Shown: piece after piece, positions 14,532 to 27,737 of the stretch
How the letters are laid out: each line of letters opens with the position of its first letter
Position numbering within the stretch: the stretch's first letter is position 1
Assembly: GCF_009914755.1 (NCBI RefSeq)
Contig: NC_060931.1
Source: the human T2T-CHM13v2.0 reference genome, Homo sapiens
DNA: 64,000 nucleotides
Reading direction: 5' to 3' (one strand)
Notes under the pieces: model-generated
Told to the model about the DNA's origin: nothing
The model's input: the letters and a program-made list of their open reading frames with translations, nothing else
Database searches by the model: none
Translations under genes and position numbers: made by a program

Positions 14532-14639
14532 TGCAGGGAGTGCTGACAACAAGGTAGAGCTCTGGGAAATCAAAAAGTGACAGAAAGCCAGCTAGAAAGA
14601 CAAGTAAGCAGCAGAGGGAGTCCTGTCACTAAGTGGATG

Positions 14640-14727
14640 GGACCCATTCACAGGACATGTTGTGAGGAAGCACTGGGTCACTAGGACCCATTCACAGGAC
14701 ATGTTGTGAGGAAGCACTGGGTCACTA
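14640..14727. repeat. Perfect 44-bp tandem duplication
   Basis: ggacccattcacaggacatgttgtgaggaagcactgggtcacta x2. Confidence 0.97.
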
Positions 14728-15134
14728 GGGAAGTCACCATAAGCTCAGAGATTGACACCAGATGGATTTACCAGGAATGGGATGAAAGAGTGGAGTGATC
14801 CCACAGCAAGACATAAAGAGCCCAGTTATCAAGAACAGGGTAGTGATACAACAGTACACAGTGACCTAATAACGCTGAGGCCCAGAAAACTGGATCCAGT
14901 TTAAATCTATGAACTTTACTATCAGATGAGTCAGAAAAGCAAAGGAAGGGCATAATTAATTATAGGAATCAGGCCAGGCTCACAAACATAGCATCTGTCA
15001 AGTTTTGAAGTCACTTAATTCAAACAAAGATCTTGGAAGGGACATGCCATTTTGTCATTTTGTTGTGAGCTGATTAAAAAAAATTTTTTTTGCTAGGTTA
15101 TTTATTGTTTTGGGTGTGGTTTTTGTAGCTTTCT

Positions 15135-15772
15135 TTTTTTCTAATTATTTTTTACTGTAGAGAAATACACATAGCATAATATTTACTATCTTAATTATAT
15201 TTAAGTGTAGCATTCAGTGGTATCAAGTACATTCACATTGTTCTGTTACCATCACCACCATTCATATCCAGAACTTTTTTCATCATATAAAACAGAAACT
15301 CTGTACCCATTAAACAGTAATTCCACATTCCACACTCCCCACATCCGGGGCCCCTGGCAACCTCCATTCTTTCTGTCTTTAAGGTTTTGACTATTCTAGG
15401 TACCTCATACAAGTAAAATCATACTGTATCTCTCTTTCTGTGACTGGCTCATTTCACTTGGCATAATGGCCTGAGGGTCCATCTATACAGTAGCATATGT
15501 CCGAACTTTCTTCTTTTTTAAAGCTGAATGACAGTCAATTGTACATATACACCACACTTTGCTTATTAATTCATCTGTCAATGGATATTTGGGTTGCTTC
15601 TGCATTTTGGCGATTCTGAATAACATGCTATAAATGTGAGTATATAAATATATCTTCAAGACCCTGCTTTCAATTCTTTTGGATAAATTACCAGAAGTGG
15701 AATTGCTGGATCACAGGGTAATTTTATGTTTAACTTTTTGAGGAAATGCCATACTATTTTCCACAGTGGCTA
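15135..15772 (-). mobile_element. L1MB-type 3' end
   Basis: 'acattcacattgttctgttaccatcaccacc...gtacctcatacaagtaaaatcatac...ccagaagtggaattgctggatca...ttccacagtggct'. Confidence 0.85.
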
Positions 15773-16349
15773 TTTATTTTTTAATGCATTTAAGCTATTT
15801 TACTATTTTAACTGATTTCATTAGTGTTTTGCTTATTTTTATCTACTTATTTTATTTAAAAGTTCAGTTTTAAAAATCGTGATTTACTTGTTTCAAGTGA
15901 TAACAAGGAACAATCAGGATAAGGATAATAGACTTGTGATAAGCCCTTGACTGAAGCTGGGGTTAACTCTACAAACACCTTCACAGCACCAAAACAAATC
16001 TCCCATACTCATTCTGGGTCATCTCTTGGCTCCTAGGAAAAAGACTGACAGCATCTTGAGATCAAATTGCAGCTCTGCCTTCTACCATTTGAAGGCCAAG
16101 CCCCCGGCAAGTTATCAGGATTATAGTGCATTCTCAATTAATATAGGTTTTGATTAATATTAATGATTGCTCTCAGCCAATCAGCAGAGACTAAGACTGA
16201 AATTTCTCTCATAAGTGAGTGATATATTCATCCTCAAAGAGAGCTCAATAACCTAACTAGGATTGTGTCATATCATTTCGAAGAATATTTAGTCCTTAAT
16301 TATAATCTTAAAATGACAAGAAAAAAGTAGCAATTCATATTTTAAAATT

Positions 16350-16485
16350 ATTTCATTTAAACCCCATGAGTGAGGTTAATAATAATGGAAGGATTATTAT
16401 CTCCATTTCATAGATTAAGAAATTGATGCTTAGATGGGTATCTTGCCTAGTTAATTAGTGACAAAACCTGACTCTAACCCAGGAA
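16350..16485 (-). mobile_element. MIR
   Basis: Core 'attattatctccatttcatagattaagaaattgatgcttaga'. Confidence 0.7.
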
Positions 16486-16837
16486 CTTCAATAAATGAAA
16501 TCTATAGTCTCTACATAGATTTAAATTCTAGACAATCAAAATCTAGTCCTTAAACTGTCTATGAAGTTCTTATCCAGAAGTATAATTATTTCACTAAGAA
16601 ACTAGGATTCCTCCCACCCTGGCCTGCTTGAAAGTAAACTTTATTATTTATTATATTATACTCTCTCCTATCCTTTTAAATAATGTCTTAAGTTACATAA
16701 AAAGAGAAGCAAATATACTTTAACAATCAAGGAGCACCTGGGATTTCAGAGCTTCCTTCCCACAAGTGGCCTCCATTACCCTAAGGTAGTGCCAACTGCA
16801 GAACATTAGAGTTGGTTAATTCGTGCCCCACACATAC

Positions 16838-17297
16838 TGTATTAGTTTCCTAGGGCTGCGAAAACAAAGCACTACAAACTGGGCGGCTTCCAAGAGAAAT
16901 TTACTCTCTCACAGTTATGGAGGCCAAAGGTCTGAAATCAAGGTGTCATCGGGCTACATTTCCTCCAAAGTCTCTGGGGAAGAATTCTTCCTTATTTTGT
17001 CTAATTTCTGGTGGTTCCAGTCATTCCATGGTTTGAGGCTGCATCACTTCAACCTTTGCCTTTATTTTGCCTATCCACTGCTTTCACCTCTTCTCTGTGT
17101 GTCTCTTCTGTGTCTCCTTCATAAAGATACCTGTCATTTGATTTAGAGCCCACCTGGATAATCCAGGATAATCTCATCTTGAGGTCCTTTAAATTGCATC
17201 TGCAAAGATTCCTTTTCCAAGTAGGATGAAATTCACAGGTTCTGAGAAATGGACACATCATTCGGAGGGGGGGCAGGTCACCATTCAACCCACTACA
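16838..17297 (-). mobile_element. MLT1C-like MaLR LTR
   Basis: 'tgtattagtttcctagggctgc...ggataatccaggataatctcatcttgaggtcc...ccattcaacccactaca'. Confidence 0.85.
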
Positions 17298-19104
17298 CCA
17301 CAGAAAAACCCAACACTATCACAAGCCCATGTGAAGCTGTTATGATGCATATCACTTGGCAATGTTCTACCATTTAGTCTGATCTCTTATTTACCACTTT
17401 ACAATTTTCCCATGTGAGGGGACTTGATCTGACCACGTCATGAACCACACCTGCTCTCATCAAAGCCTGTCTTTAGATCTTTCCTCTGATTATGTCCAGG
17501 AATATACAATTTCAGCTACTTTTGACTGGACCCTAACTAACTGATTATCACCATGCTCTGTTCTGGACTGTTTTTATGGGTTCCCTGCTGACTCCACTCA
17601 TCAACCACAAATCCAAAACATTTCTTTTTCACCATAAAGAAGCAGTCTGCTCTGCGAAAAATGACCATACATCCCATTTTGCACAAAACCTTGCTGGTTT
17701 ACCTGATTTTTCAGCATACTTCAAGCTCAAGATTATATGCACATCCTAACTCAGGTGCCCCTCAGCTTCAAACCAAATAATATCAGAAGGTTACCAACTG
17801 AAATCATATTACCCCAAACTCCACAAAACAAATGGATTGTTGCAGTTTCCCTTACCTTTAGTGTATTGACGAACATGCTTCCCAATGACTAAATTATCTT
17901 CACCGGGATATAATATAAGGGAGAATCAAGTATTAGGCTTACTCTCTAATATCCTTCTAAGGATTTAACATCATGTGCCTCAAAAATAGCTGGTCCTAAG
18001 AACACAACAAGAGCCTGTTGTGTTTACTCGGAATCCTCAGTAAAATAATGTTGAAAGAAAGAATGGCTGTAGTGATTTAAGTTAACATCTAAGATTTGGC
18101 TTCTGAGCTATTGGGTATATGCAATATGAATTCTTTCATGAACCGGAATAATACCTTTTCCATTAACTACTCTGCTTATTTTTTTTATTTTGCAGATCTC
18201 TGCCTACCAACCTAGGTGTTGTTTTGTTGTTGGTGTTGTTTTTACACTTGAAAGAAACTTAGAGATTTCTACTTACTTTATTCAAACAGTAAAATTTTTG
18301 CATAGGAAGTTTTCAGTCTTAATAAATTTCATTAAGGTCTATAGAACACTGGAAGTATGTAGCTTTGTGGCAAAATTCGAAACTTGATTTTCTGCTGGAT
18401 ATGTTGTCTGTAAAAATGGACTTAATTTTGAGTGTTAAAATCACTTATAAATATGAATTTAACAATTTGAAAAAATGATTTGCAAAAATAATCCAATTAT
18501 TTGTGATTGTTTTTTACTTGTGGGCTTTAAGTTCTGTTTTTTTTTTCTACAGACCTGAACCTTTGCTTTTATTTGAGCATTCTAAACTCATTTAGCTGGA
18601 AAACCAAATTCCCCGTGGTCCCATTATGTACGTTGCTAAGCAAACCATCTAGCAGCATCTATAAACAGGAGGTTTGGATGTGAGCCAGTCTTATAAGTTG
18701 AGAGTAGGTCAGTGCATTTTAAACCAGCACATCATTAATGAAGAAAGGTGTCTTGCTGCTAAGCCAGTTTATATTTTTTGGGGGCAAATATACACATTTA
18801 TTGACCTATGCTAAATTGATTTTGCTTTTTTACCCCTGCCTTTGAAGCACCTTCCATATTGCTATATAGATTTTACTTAACAAGGACTTCCCTAATTTGA
18901 AAAACAGATCTAAAGATAATCTTAAAGCTCTACTTGTATACTTTTCAAGCAAAGCTGTATAATATACTCTATCCCTTCCCTACATTCTTTCTGTAGGAAA
19001 TAATTTGTCATGAGTAAATAATCTGGCCTTTAAAACTGACACTAAATGGAAAGATGCTATGGCTTTTGAAATGCATATTAGATCATCTGTTACCAAATTA
19101 AATT

Positions 19105-20063
19105 GGTATCAGTTTGCAAGGAGTACCATAAGAAAGTACTACAAACCGGGTGCCTTAAACAACAAAAATTTTTGTCTCAGTCTGGAGGCCCAAAAACAAG
19201 GTGTCTTCATGTAATAGTGAAACAGCAAAAGAGTTATGAATATTATAACTAACTCCATTTTTGTTAAGGGGCCCTTACCCGATTCCTACACATAGGCAAG
19301 GATAATTTTAGAACAGTGAGGTAATTTGCAAAAACAGCAATCATGTAGTTTTTAAAAGTAACGCTGAGATTAAAGGAGAAGTATGTATACAACTATATAT
19401 TTTGTTAAAGATTTATAGGAGCATTGTGACCTGACCAAAGAAAAAGACATTCCCAACCTCCTTGGACCCTCCCTGGAGCCCAGATGCCTGCAGTGCAGTC
19501 ATTAGTTACCTCTTGATCCCAATTCCCAACTCTTTCTCCTTCCCTTCACTTAAAAATAGCCTGAAATTTGTACTGACTTAAGATGGTACTTCAGGACGTT
19601 AATCCAAAATTTTCTCAGTTGGCTGATTCTGAAAAACCTGCTTCTCTTCCCACCAAATCTCATCTCTCACATTTGGTTTTTGAGCAGTGAACAACCAAAC
19701 TTGAGTTTGGGTTACATTCAGGGTTGGTTTCTTCTGAAACTAGGTTTGGTTACATTCAGCGTTCTGAGGGAGAACATGTCCCACGCCTCTCTCTTGCTGG
19801 TGGTTTCCTGACAATGACAATCTTTGGTGTTCCTTGGCTTGCAGTATCGTAACTCCAATCTTCCCATAGCATTTGCCCTGTGACTCTCTCTCTGTGTCCA
19901 GAGTACCCTGCTTTATAAGAACACAGTCATACTAAATTAGAGCCAACCTTAATGACCTCATCTTCATTTGGTCATCTGCAAAGACCTTTCCAATAATGTC
20001 ACATTCACAGGTACTGACAATTAGGACTTCATGTTTTGGGGAGACACAATTCAACACATAACA
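19105..20063 (-). mobile_element. MLT1B-like MaLR LTR, split by an ERV1 LTR
   Basis: 'gtatcagtttgc...tctggaggcc...aaggtgtc' | 'gggttggtttcttctga...aatgacctcatctt...acacaattcaacacataaca'; 5-bp TSD aaatt at 19100-19104 / 20064-20068. Confidence 0.85.
19210..19716 (+). mobile_element. ERV1-class solo LTR (LTR54/LTR8-like), nested
   Basis: tgtaa...ttaca inverted termini; exact 4-bp TSD ttca (19206-19209 / 19717-19720); 'aactaactccattttt' near the 5' end. Subfamily uncertain. Confidence 0.8.
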
Positions 20064-21001
20064 AAATTCATTCATGAAGAAATGTCACAGACTACACTGG
20101 CACACCAGTATTTCTACATTTCTATCAGATCCAGTGGTTCTCTTCTTTTATTGTCTCCTTTTGTTTGTTGTTCATGGTGGTATTTGGTTATTTAACTTCC
20201 TATATTAGATTTTAAAAGCACCCACGTTAATCCGGTTTCACAAAAGATATGTAGATATAAAAATGATTTGTAATAGCACATCTATATTGCTGATGAAATA
20301 CATTCATAAGCTGTTTTGTCTATACATATGCATACATTCAAGTAACAGTTGAAACTGCTGAAACTATGTCAGTATATTTTGGCACATATTATGAATTGCC
20401 ATTTGGAAGAAAAAAACCCAATATTAAAAATCTTTTCTTATAAAAGAATATAAGGTCTCTCTCTCGTTAGTCTTGTTAGTATTATTTTTTCTCCCCTAAG
20501 GAAATCCAACAATTATGTTGGGAAATCAAGGCAACCTTCAAACCAGGGAATCTAGATGTACAGGAAACAACAGGTAGATTGGCAAAAAGATAAAGGCCAA
20601 TTTAAGAGCAGAATTAATTTCTTCTGCAGTGACCCTAGATCACCACAGAAGGGGCAAAAGTCCAGAACAACTGGCAGTAACATAAAATCCAAAAACACAG
20701 TTGTTTGAAAGATGGCTGTAGCCAGAATAGGAGCCCACAATACAATAGTTTAGGCCAATACCCTTAAGAAATAAAGCCTGTGGCAGTCATTTCCAGAAGA
20801 AATTGATAGCACTGGAAGTGGACTTAGAGAGGTAGAGAATGTGACCAAAAGGTTAGCCCTAGAAAAGATAATCCTACAAATCGACACATCTCCTAGAATG
20901 TCAAAATAATGAGGTCTGAGGGTTCCTATCATCTCCCTAGCTCCCAGTTTACCTAAGGTATACATCATCTGTATGTTTTCCCCATACTTGAAAAGATTCT
21001 T

Positions 21002-21160
21002 TTTTAAATTTTTTAATTTTTATAGATTTAGGAGGATCATCGGCAGTTTTGTTATAAGAATACTGCATAGTAGTAAAGCCTAGGCTTTTAGTGTACCCAT
21101 TACCCCAACAGTGAACAACAGTACCTAAAAGGTAATTTTCAACCTTCATTCTCCTTGTGC
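21002..21160 (-). mobile_element. Short 5'-truncated L1 3' end (L1PB/old L1PA-like)
   Basis: 'ggcttttagtgtacccattaccccaacagtgaacaacagtacc'; TSD aaagattctt (20992-21001 / 21165-21174). Confidence 0.8.
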
Positions 21161-22599
21161 TTAGAAAGATTCTTAAAACAGAAATATGAGGCTTGAGGTA
21201 TGTGATCATAGTATATAAGAACACAGTGTTTGTGTCTTATAATCAGGTTATATGAATAGTTCTAATTGCTCAGAAGGCAAGAGAAAACTCTGATTGTGTG
21301 TTTGATTGTATTTCATAGGTTTACTTTTACCTCTGAGAAATCAGTATAAAAATCCAAAATCTGTATAAGTATAAAGTGATGAAGGCAATCAGCTTTTCTT
21401 CATGAGCATTCTTAGAGCCCTTTTCTAAAAGAAAAGTATGCATGCAAGATACACACACACACAAAGACATACACAGAGAAAGAGGATATGTGGTGCACAC
21501 CATGTGGCATACATTTACATTTTAAATTATCATGAATTAAATTTTCCCATGAGGCCTCAATATTGTACTACATTGAAATTATTAGAAACTCACTAGGGTA
21601 GCATAAAATCAATGTTTTGAATCATTGACCACAAGGGAAATAATATTTGAGCCTCCTAGTTTTATTAATATCACAATAACTATTTAAATATTTACTCTAA
21701 AAGCCCAAAGAGAGAGAAAGAAGCATTAGGGAACAACCTGTATAATATAAATCATTTAAAGCTTTCTCACCTCCATGATCAAATTTCTTTTGCCTCAAAA
21801 GAAAACATGGCAAAAAGAACATTTATGAAAAATGTATTACATAAAGTTGGATACTTAAAGATTATAGTCATAATGTATACAGTAAAAGAATCCGGAGGGA
21901 AAAAAGATTAATATCCTGAAGAAAATTTACCAACATTCTAATCAGACCAGGATTTGCTTAGAACACATCTGAGGGTGCTCCTTAGACAAGAAGGAATGTG
22001 AAGAATGTTTCTTTTAAATTATTACTCTGCTGCTTAAAAAAATGCAGGTAGCTTACACTAACAGCAGATAGAACTGTAACTATCTACATATATGTAATAT
22101 AAGTAGATGTATAATAGGTAAAAAAAGATAAAATAAAGAATTAAAAATGCAGGGGCTAAGTAATAAGATGTGGTTAGGGGGGGAAGAAAGGAATAACTTG
22201 AAAAAAGAATGAGTGGAATATTATGGGTTTGATGAAATATAGGGCACAGGCATTTGGTAATTTATTCTCTGATTTAACAGAAAACAGCATTAATCTCAAT
22301 CAAAAAAGTAGTATATGCCCAGAAGAATTTCTTCAATATTGTGAATCTATGTATAGTCAAGACTACATTGTGAAGATAAATAAATCACATTTGTCAGTTG
22401 CTAAACCTGTTTGCTAAATGGTATAAAATATAAGGGACTTTCATAATATAAATATGCAGTACAGTGCTGGTTCCTAAGCAGACTGCACTCAACATTGAGT
22501 GCTTTCGAGACATAAGAAAGGAAACTTAGGAGCTTTATTTATTACTGATATTATATTCATTATTAAATTTAAAGACTGGAACACTCTATGATTTCTTCT

Positions 22600-23040
22600 T
22601 TGCTTTTATTATTATTTTAATTGATACATAATAATTATATACATTCATGGAGTACAATGTTATATTTTCATACATGTATACAACGTGTAATGATCAAACA
22701 GGGTATTCAGCTATCTATCACCTCAAACATTTACCATTTCTTTGTGTTGAGAACATTCAAAATCTGCTTTTCTAGCTATTTTAAAATATATAATACATTG
22801 CTGCTAATTATAGTCACCCTATCGTGCTAGGGAACACTAGAACTTATTCCTCCTATCTAGCTGTACATTTAAATCCATTAACCAGCCTTTGGCTATCTCC
22901 TTCTTCCCCTTTCCTTCCCCTCCTCAAGTAACCACTATTCTACTCTCTATTTCTATGAGATCAACTTTTAAGCTTTCCCATATGAGTGAGAACAGGCAGT
23001 GTTTATCCTTCTGTGCCTGGTTTATGTCATTTAACCTAAT
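22600..23040 (-). mobile_element. L1MA (L1MA5-8-like) 3' end
   Basis: 'atcacctcaaacatttaccatttctttgtgttgagaacattcaaaatc...accactattctactctctatttctatgagatcaac...tatgagtgagaaca'. Confidence 0.88.
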
Positions 23041-24499
23041 GTGTTGCAAGCTCATGTGGAGTTTTATATGTCATATTATAAAAGCATTATTAAAAGGCAA
23101 CCTACCATTAAATTAATTAAAATCAACTTGAAATTGGCAAAATGGCAGAGAACTCATGGTATAATGGTGGAAAAACCACTGTGCCGATAATCTATGTAAT
23201 AGAACTACTATTTTCTGTATGGCAAAGAGAGAACTGTAACCTGCTGAGGGACTGCTATTGCACCACATGCTATAGACAAATGAACAATACATGAAGTCAG
23301 TAAGAATTCCAGCAAAGAATAACTGAGAGTTTAGGTCATAAAAAGCCCCAGGAGATTCTAATTTCCTAGAAGTAGGGCTTTTTCTCAAACATTAATATTA
23401 CTACTGAAGTGTTGCAGTCATTGGAAGATTTTTAATAACTTGAATTTTCTTTTTCAAAATTTAACATTATTAGATGATGACATCTAAAACCTCAGACTCT
23501 CTTTAGATGAAATAAAATTATTATTCTATTTTTCTGATAAATTAATTTCCTAAAAAGTGATTTCTTTAAAAAATCATTGCTAAAACAACTTTCTACCTGA
23601 AAAAAATTAATTAACAATACACAATTTTAATCACCTGAATCACTGAATCACTTGTGCACACTTGGCCTCTCACACCCGTTCTGTGAGCTACTTAGTAAAC
23701 TTTCTAAAGATGCTGAGAACGTTAAGTTAGTGTCTACCCAATAAAGGAGAAACACTGTTATGAGAGTGTATGAATTTTATACATTGCCTGAATCTACTGG
23801 TTACAACCACAGTGGTTTGGAGGCTATACACTCGTTCTTTTTCTCAAGTTTGGTAAACAGTTAACTATAATTTGTATGTCCAGACTCAAAGAACAACAGT
23901 GAATGCATTTCTGGAGTAACAGTGTCATTTCCAATCCCTAGTAAAACAGCAGATATAATCTTCCTCCTGGGGTGTTTCTTATATTATCAGAAAAACACAC
24001 TAGGGCTCATAACAGTCCTGTAAATGAAAACTAATCAGTCACAGGACATATCTAGAAAATGTAGGTAAAATATGAGGAAAGAAGCTTACCATCATTGTAA
24101 CATTTAAGAAAATCACAAGCAAATATCTGTCGTTCACTGTTCTGTTCTAAAATTTCAAACTGTTGTTCTAAAAGTATCTACAGTGAAGTTAAATATATTA
24201 ACAATGCTTACTGAGTTTCTCTTTCAAAGGATTGTCAACATCAACCCTTCTCATAAATGTGAGCCTCCTCATGGGCATCTATTTGTATGGAATAGCATAC
24301 TTCAATTTTCACTACCTGCCCCATATCATAAAGAAAAATTATACACATACACATACTCATATAAGAATATTTTTTAAAACCGTGGGACCCTGGTCTCAGT
24401 TTCACTAGAATAATACTACAATCATCAGTGAACTGGCTATAACCACAGAGACTTTTACTATTTCACAACTGAACAACTCTAAAAGTTTCAGTCCTTTAA

Positions 24500-24640
24500 C
24501 ATAGTTAATCTCAATGCATACTTACAAATGAGACAGGCAAGGCAGGTAATACAAATCAGAAAGCTGAGGCAGATAGAGGTTTAATAACTTCCTACAGCTG
24601 GCGAGTGTCAAAACCTAGTCTTCTGACTCCTAATTCAATG
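24500..24640 (-). mobile_element. MIR
   Basis: 'acaaatcagaaagctgaggcagatagaggtttaataactt...gtcttctgactcc'. Confidence 0.6.
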
Positions 24641-25829
24641 CATATTACCATACATACACACAGGCATATTTACACGCCTTCTGCCTAGAGCCACAGTCTA
24701 TATTTTTATTGTATGTTTTATATTTTCAGCTCCTACCTCACTCAATGCAAAAAAAATATTACCGAATTTCAAGGTTCAGAGTGGTTACGGGAAATATACA
24801 GCCTAAATCTTCTGGCCCTTGTTTGCTTATTCTTAAATTTCATGATTACATTCTCCCTGCTTCAAAAAATTCTATTACCGTATGAAAAACTATTAACCAG
24901 CCTTCTATTGACTCTAGTAAAACAATTATTGAAAAAAGGAACAGAGTCCCATAAAGCATGTGCATGGAAACAAATATAATCCCTTCTTGGCACAGATGCA
25001 CAAACTCAAATTGCTGAGAAAGAATCTGAAAGATATTCTGAAATCAATACTTGTGCAGTAAATGGTCGAAGAAAAACATGCAAGGCAGAAGAGATATACA
25101 TATAACACTCAGCATTAAAAGAATTCCTTTAAGTGGGCTAGATTTTCCAATAAAGAATATAAAGCCAATAAATCAAACATAAATAAGTCCCTGGTGGAAT
25201 ACTAGGCTTACAATATGCACTTAATAATTTCTTAGTACCATTAAAAACCTTTACATTTTATGAAAGCACATACTGAACTCTATTAAACTGAAAATGATTT
25301 CTTTTGAAATATATCAGAAATTAAGTGGAAAATCAGAAAAAACTGCTGTTTTCAGAGTCCTCGTTGCATTATGTATTCCGGCTTTATGCAAGAAGATTAG
25401 GATTAATTACACAGCATCCTAATTACTGTCTTTCTTCCATTTCTGACTCATTTAGAATGTGGGCAAGCAGATGGCCAAGGAAAAGGTCTTACAATAACAG
25501 GCAGCGTTTTCCCCATCTTAGCTTAGCCACATTCAAGAAGAAAACACAAGTACCTCCATCATTCCTAACTATAAACTATAAGCTCACTGAAGTTCAATGA
25601 GACTGTCTATTCTTTTAATTTCTAAGTAATACAATATGTACACTTTTTAGTAATAATGTAATATGGGGGGTAGGAGAGATATAAATACAGTCCATTGTAG
25701 GTTTGTTATGAAGAGAAATCTATGTTTATGCAAAAATACACATTCCATTAGAAATAACAGGATTCACAAGATCAGAAATTATTTCAAGAAATATAAATTT
25801 TATCTACAATGTGGAGGTTTTTTTTTAAA

Positions 25830-27028
25830 TAGTAGAAGAAGGAAACCAGGCCCCTATTTCTCACCATGTACAAAAATCAAATCAAAATGGATTAAAGACT
25901 TAAATCTAAGACCTCAATCTATGAAATTATTACAAGAAAACATTGGGGAAACTCTCCAGGACATAGGAATGGGCAAAGATTTCTAGAGTAATACCCTACA
26001 ATGGCAGAAAACCCATGCAAAAATGGACAAATGGGGTCACATCAAGTTAGAAGGTTCCTGCACAGCAAAGAAAACAATCAACAAAGTGAACAGACATCCC
26101 ACAGGATGGGAGAAAATATTTGCTAAGTGTCCACCTGAGAAGGGATTAATAATAAGAATATATAAGGTGATCAAAAATAGGAAAAAATCCAATAATCTGA
26201 TTAAAAATGGGCAAAAGATCTGAATAGATATTTCTCAAAAGAAGACATACAAATGGCATACAGGTAGATGAAAAGGTGCTCAACATCACTGATCAACAGA
26301 GAAATGCAAAGCGAAACTACAATGAGATAACATCTCACTCCAGTTCAAATGACTTTATCTGAAAGACAGACAATAATGCTGGCAAAGATGTGAAGAAAAG
26401 GAAACCCTTGTGCACTGCTGGTGGGAATGTAAATTAGTAATGCCACTATGTAGAACAGTTTGAAGGCCCATCATAAAACTAAAAATAGAACTACCATATG
26501 ATCCAGCACTCCCACACAAGGTATACACCCAAAAGAAATAAAATCAGTATTCAAAGAGGTATCTATCTGCACACCCATGTTTACTGCAACATTATTCACA
26601 ATAATCAACATTTGGAAGCAACCTAGATTTCTATCAACAGAAGAATGAATAAAGAAAATGTGGTACATATACACAACGGAGCACTATTCGACTATAAAGA
26701 TGAATTAGATCCTGTCATTTGCAACCACATGGATGAACCTGGAGGTCACTATGTTAAGTGAAATAAGCCAGGCACCAAAAGACAAATCTCATGTTTTCAC
26801 TTATTTGTGGAAGCTAAAAAAATTAAAACAAATGAACTCATGGAGATAGAGAGAAGAATGATGGTTATCAGAGACTGGGAAGGGTAATGGAAGCTGTGAG
26901 TGTGAGGATGGTTAATGGATACAAAAATATAGTTTAATAGAATGAATAAAATCTAGTATTTGATAGCACAAAAGGGTAACTACCATCAACAATAATTAAT
27001 TGTACATTTCAAAATAACTAAAAGAGTA
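25830..27028 (+). mobile_element. L1MA (L1MA2/3-like) ORF2 C-terminal region and partial 3' UTR
   Basis: ORFs give L1 ORF2 peptides PYFSPCTKIKSKWIKDLNLRP..., MDKWGHIKL...WEKIFA; 3' UTR ends without an A-tail near 27028. Confidence 0.92.
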
Positions 27029-27422
27029 AAAATCATTTAAACCCATTCGAACCATAAACAAAAAATAAATGGTGCACAGTGTGGACTCTCTTATTACCTA
27101 TAGCTTCTCAATGATCTTCCAGGTATGAAATGCCATTTACTTAATCTAGTTTATTTTCTACATGTAGTATAAGAAAGAAAGGAAAATCTGTGTCCCTTAA
27201 TACCTTTCTTTCTGCATAATTCTTTTCTTCCTGAATATACACTTCATTGGATGAATACCAGTCCTCAAGTTTACCAGTAAATGTTGATGAAAAAAAAGAT
27301 AGGGAAAATGTGAAATCTTGAAAAAGTACTGCACAAAAATATTCTTAACAAAATGGTCAAAAAAAGTTTAAAATCAGCACAACAAACACTTGAGTAGATT
27401 AGTGAGTTTCACAATGCCCTGC

Positions 27423-27737
27423 TTTTATTTTTTCATTTTTGTTTTTATTTTTGAAGACTGGGTCTTGCTCTGTCATCGAGGCTAGAGTGCAGTGGTGCTA
27501 TCGCAGTTCACTGCAGGCTTGACCTCCCAGGCTCAAGTGATCCTCCTACCTCATCCTCCTGGGTAGCTGAGACCAGAGATGCATACTACATGCCAGCTAA
27601 TTTTTTAAATTTTTTCTGTAGAGATGGGGTCTTGCTATGTTGCTCAGGATTGTCTGGAACTGCTGGCCTCAAACAATCCTTCTGCCTCAGGCTCCAAAAG
27701 TGTTATGATTACAGGCATTAGCCATTGTGCCCGGGCT
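27423..27737 (-). mobile_element. AluJ
   Basis: Antisense Alu 'gggtcttgctctgtc...ccaggctcaagtgatcctcc...gggtcttgctatgttgc'. Confidence 0.9.

Noticed and set aside
14157-14573. 138-aa and 74-aa ORFs with LPAF/LPSF repeats
   Set aside because: Translation of the GGAA/GGCA microsatellite.
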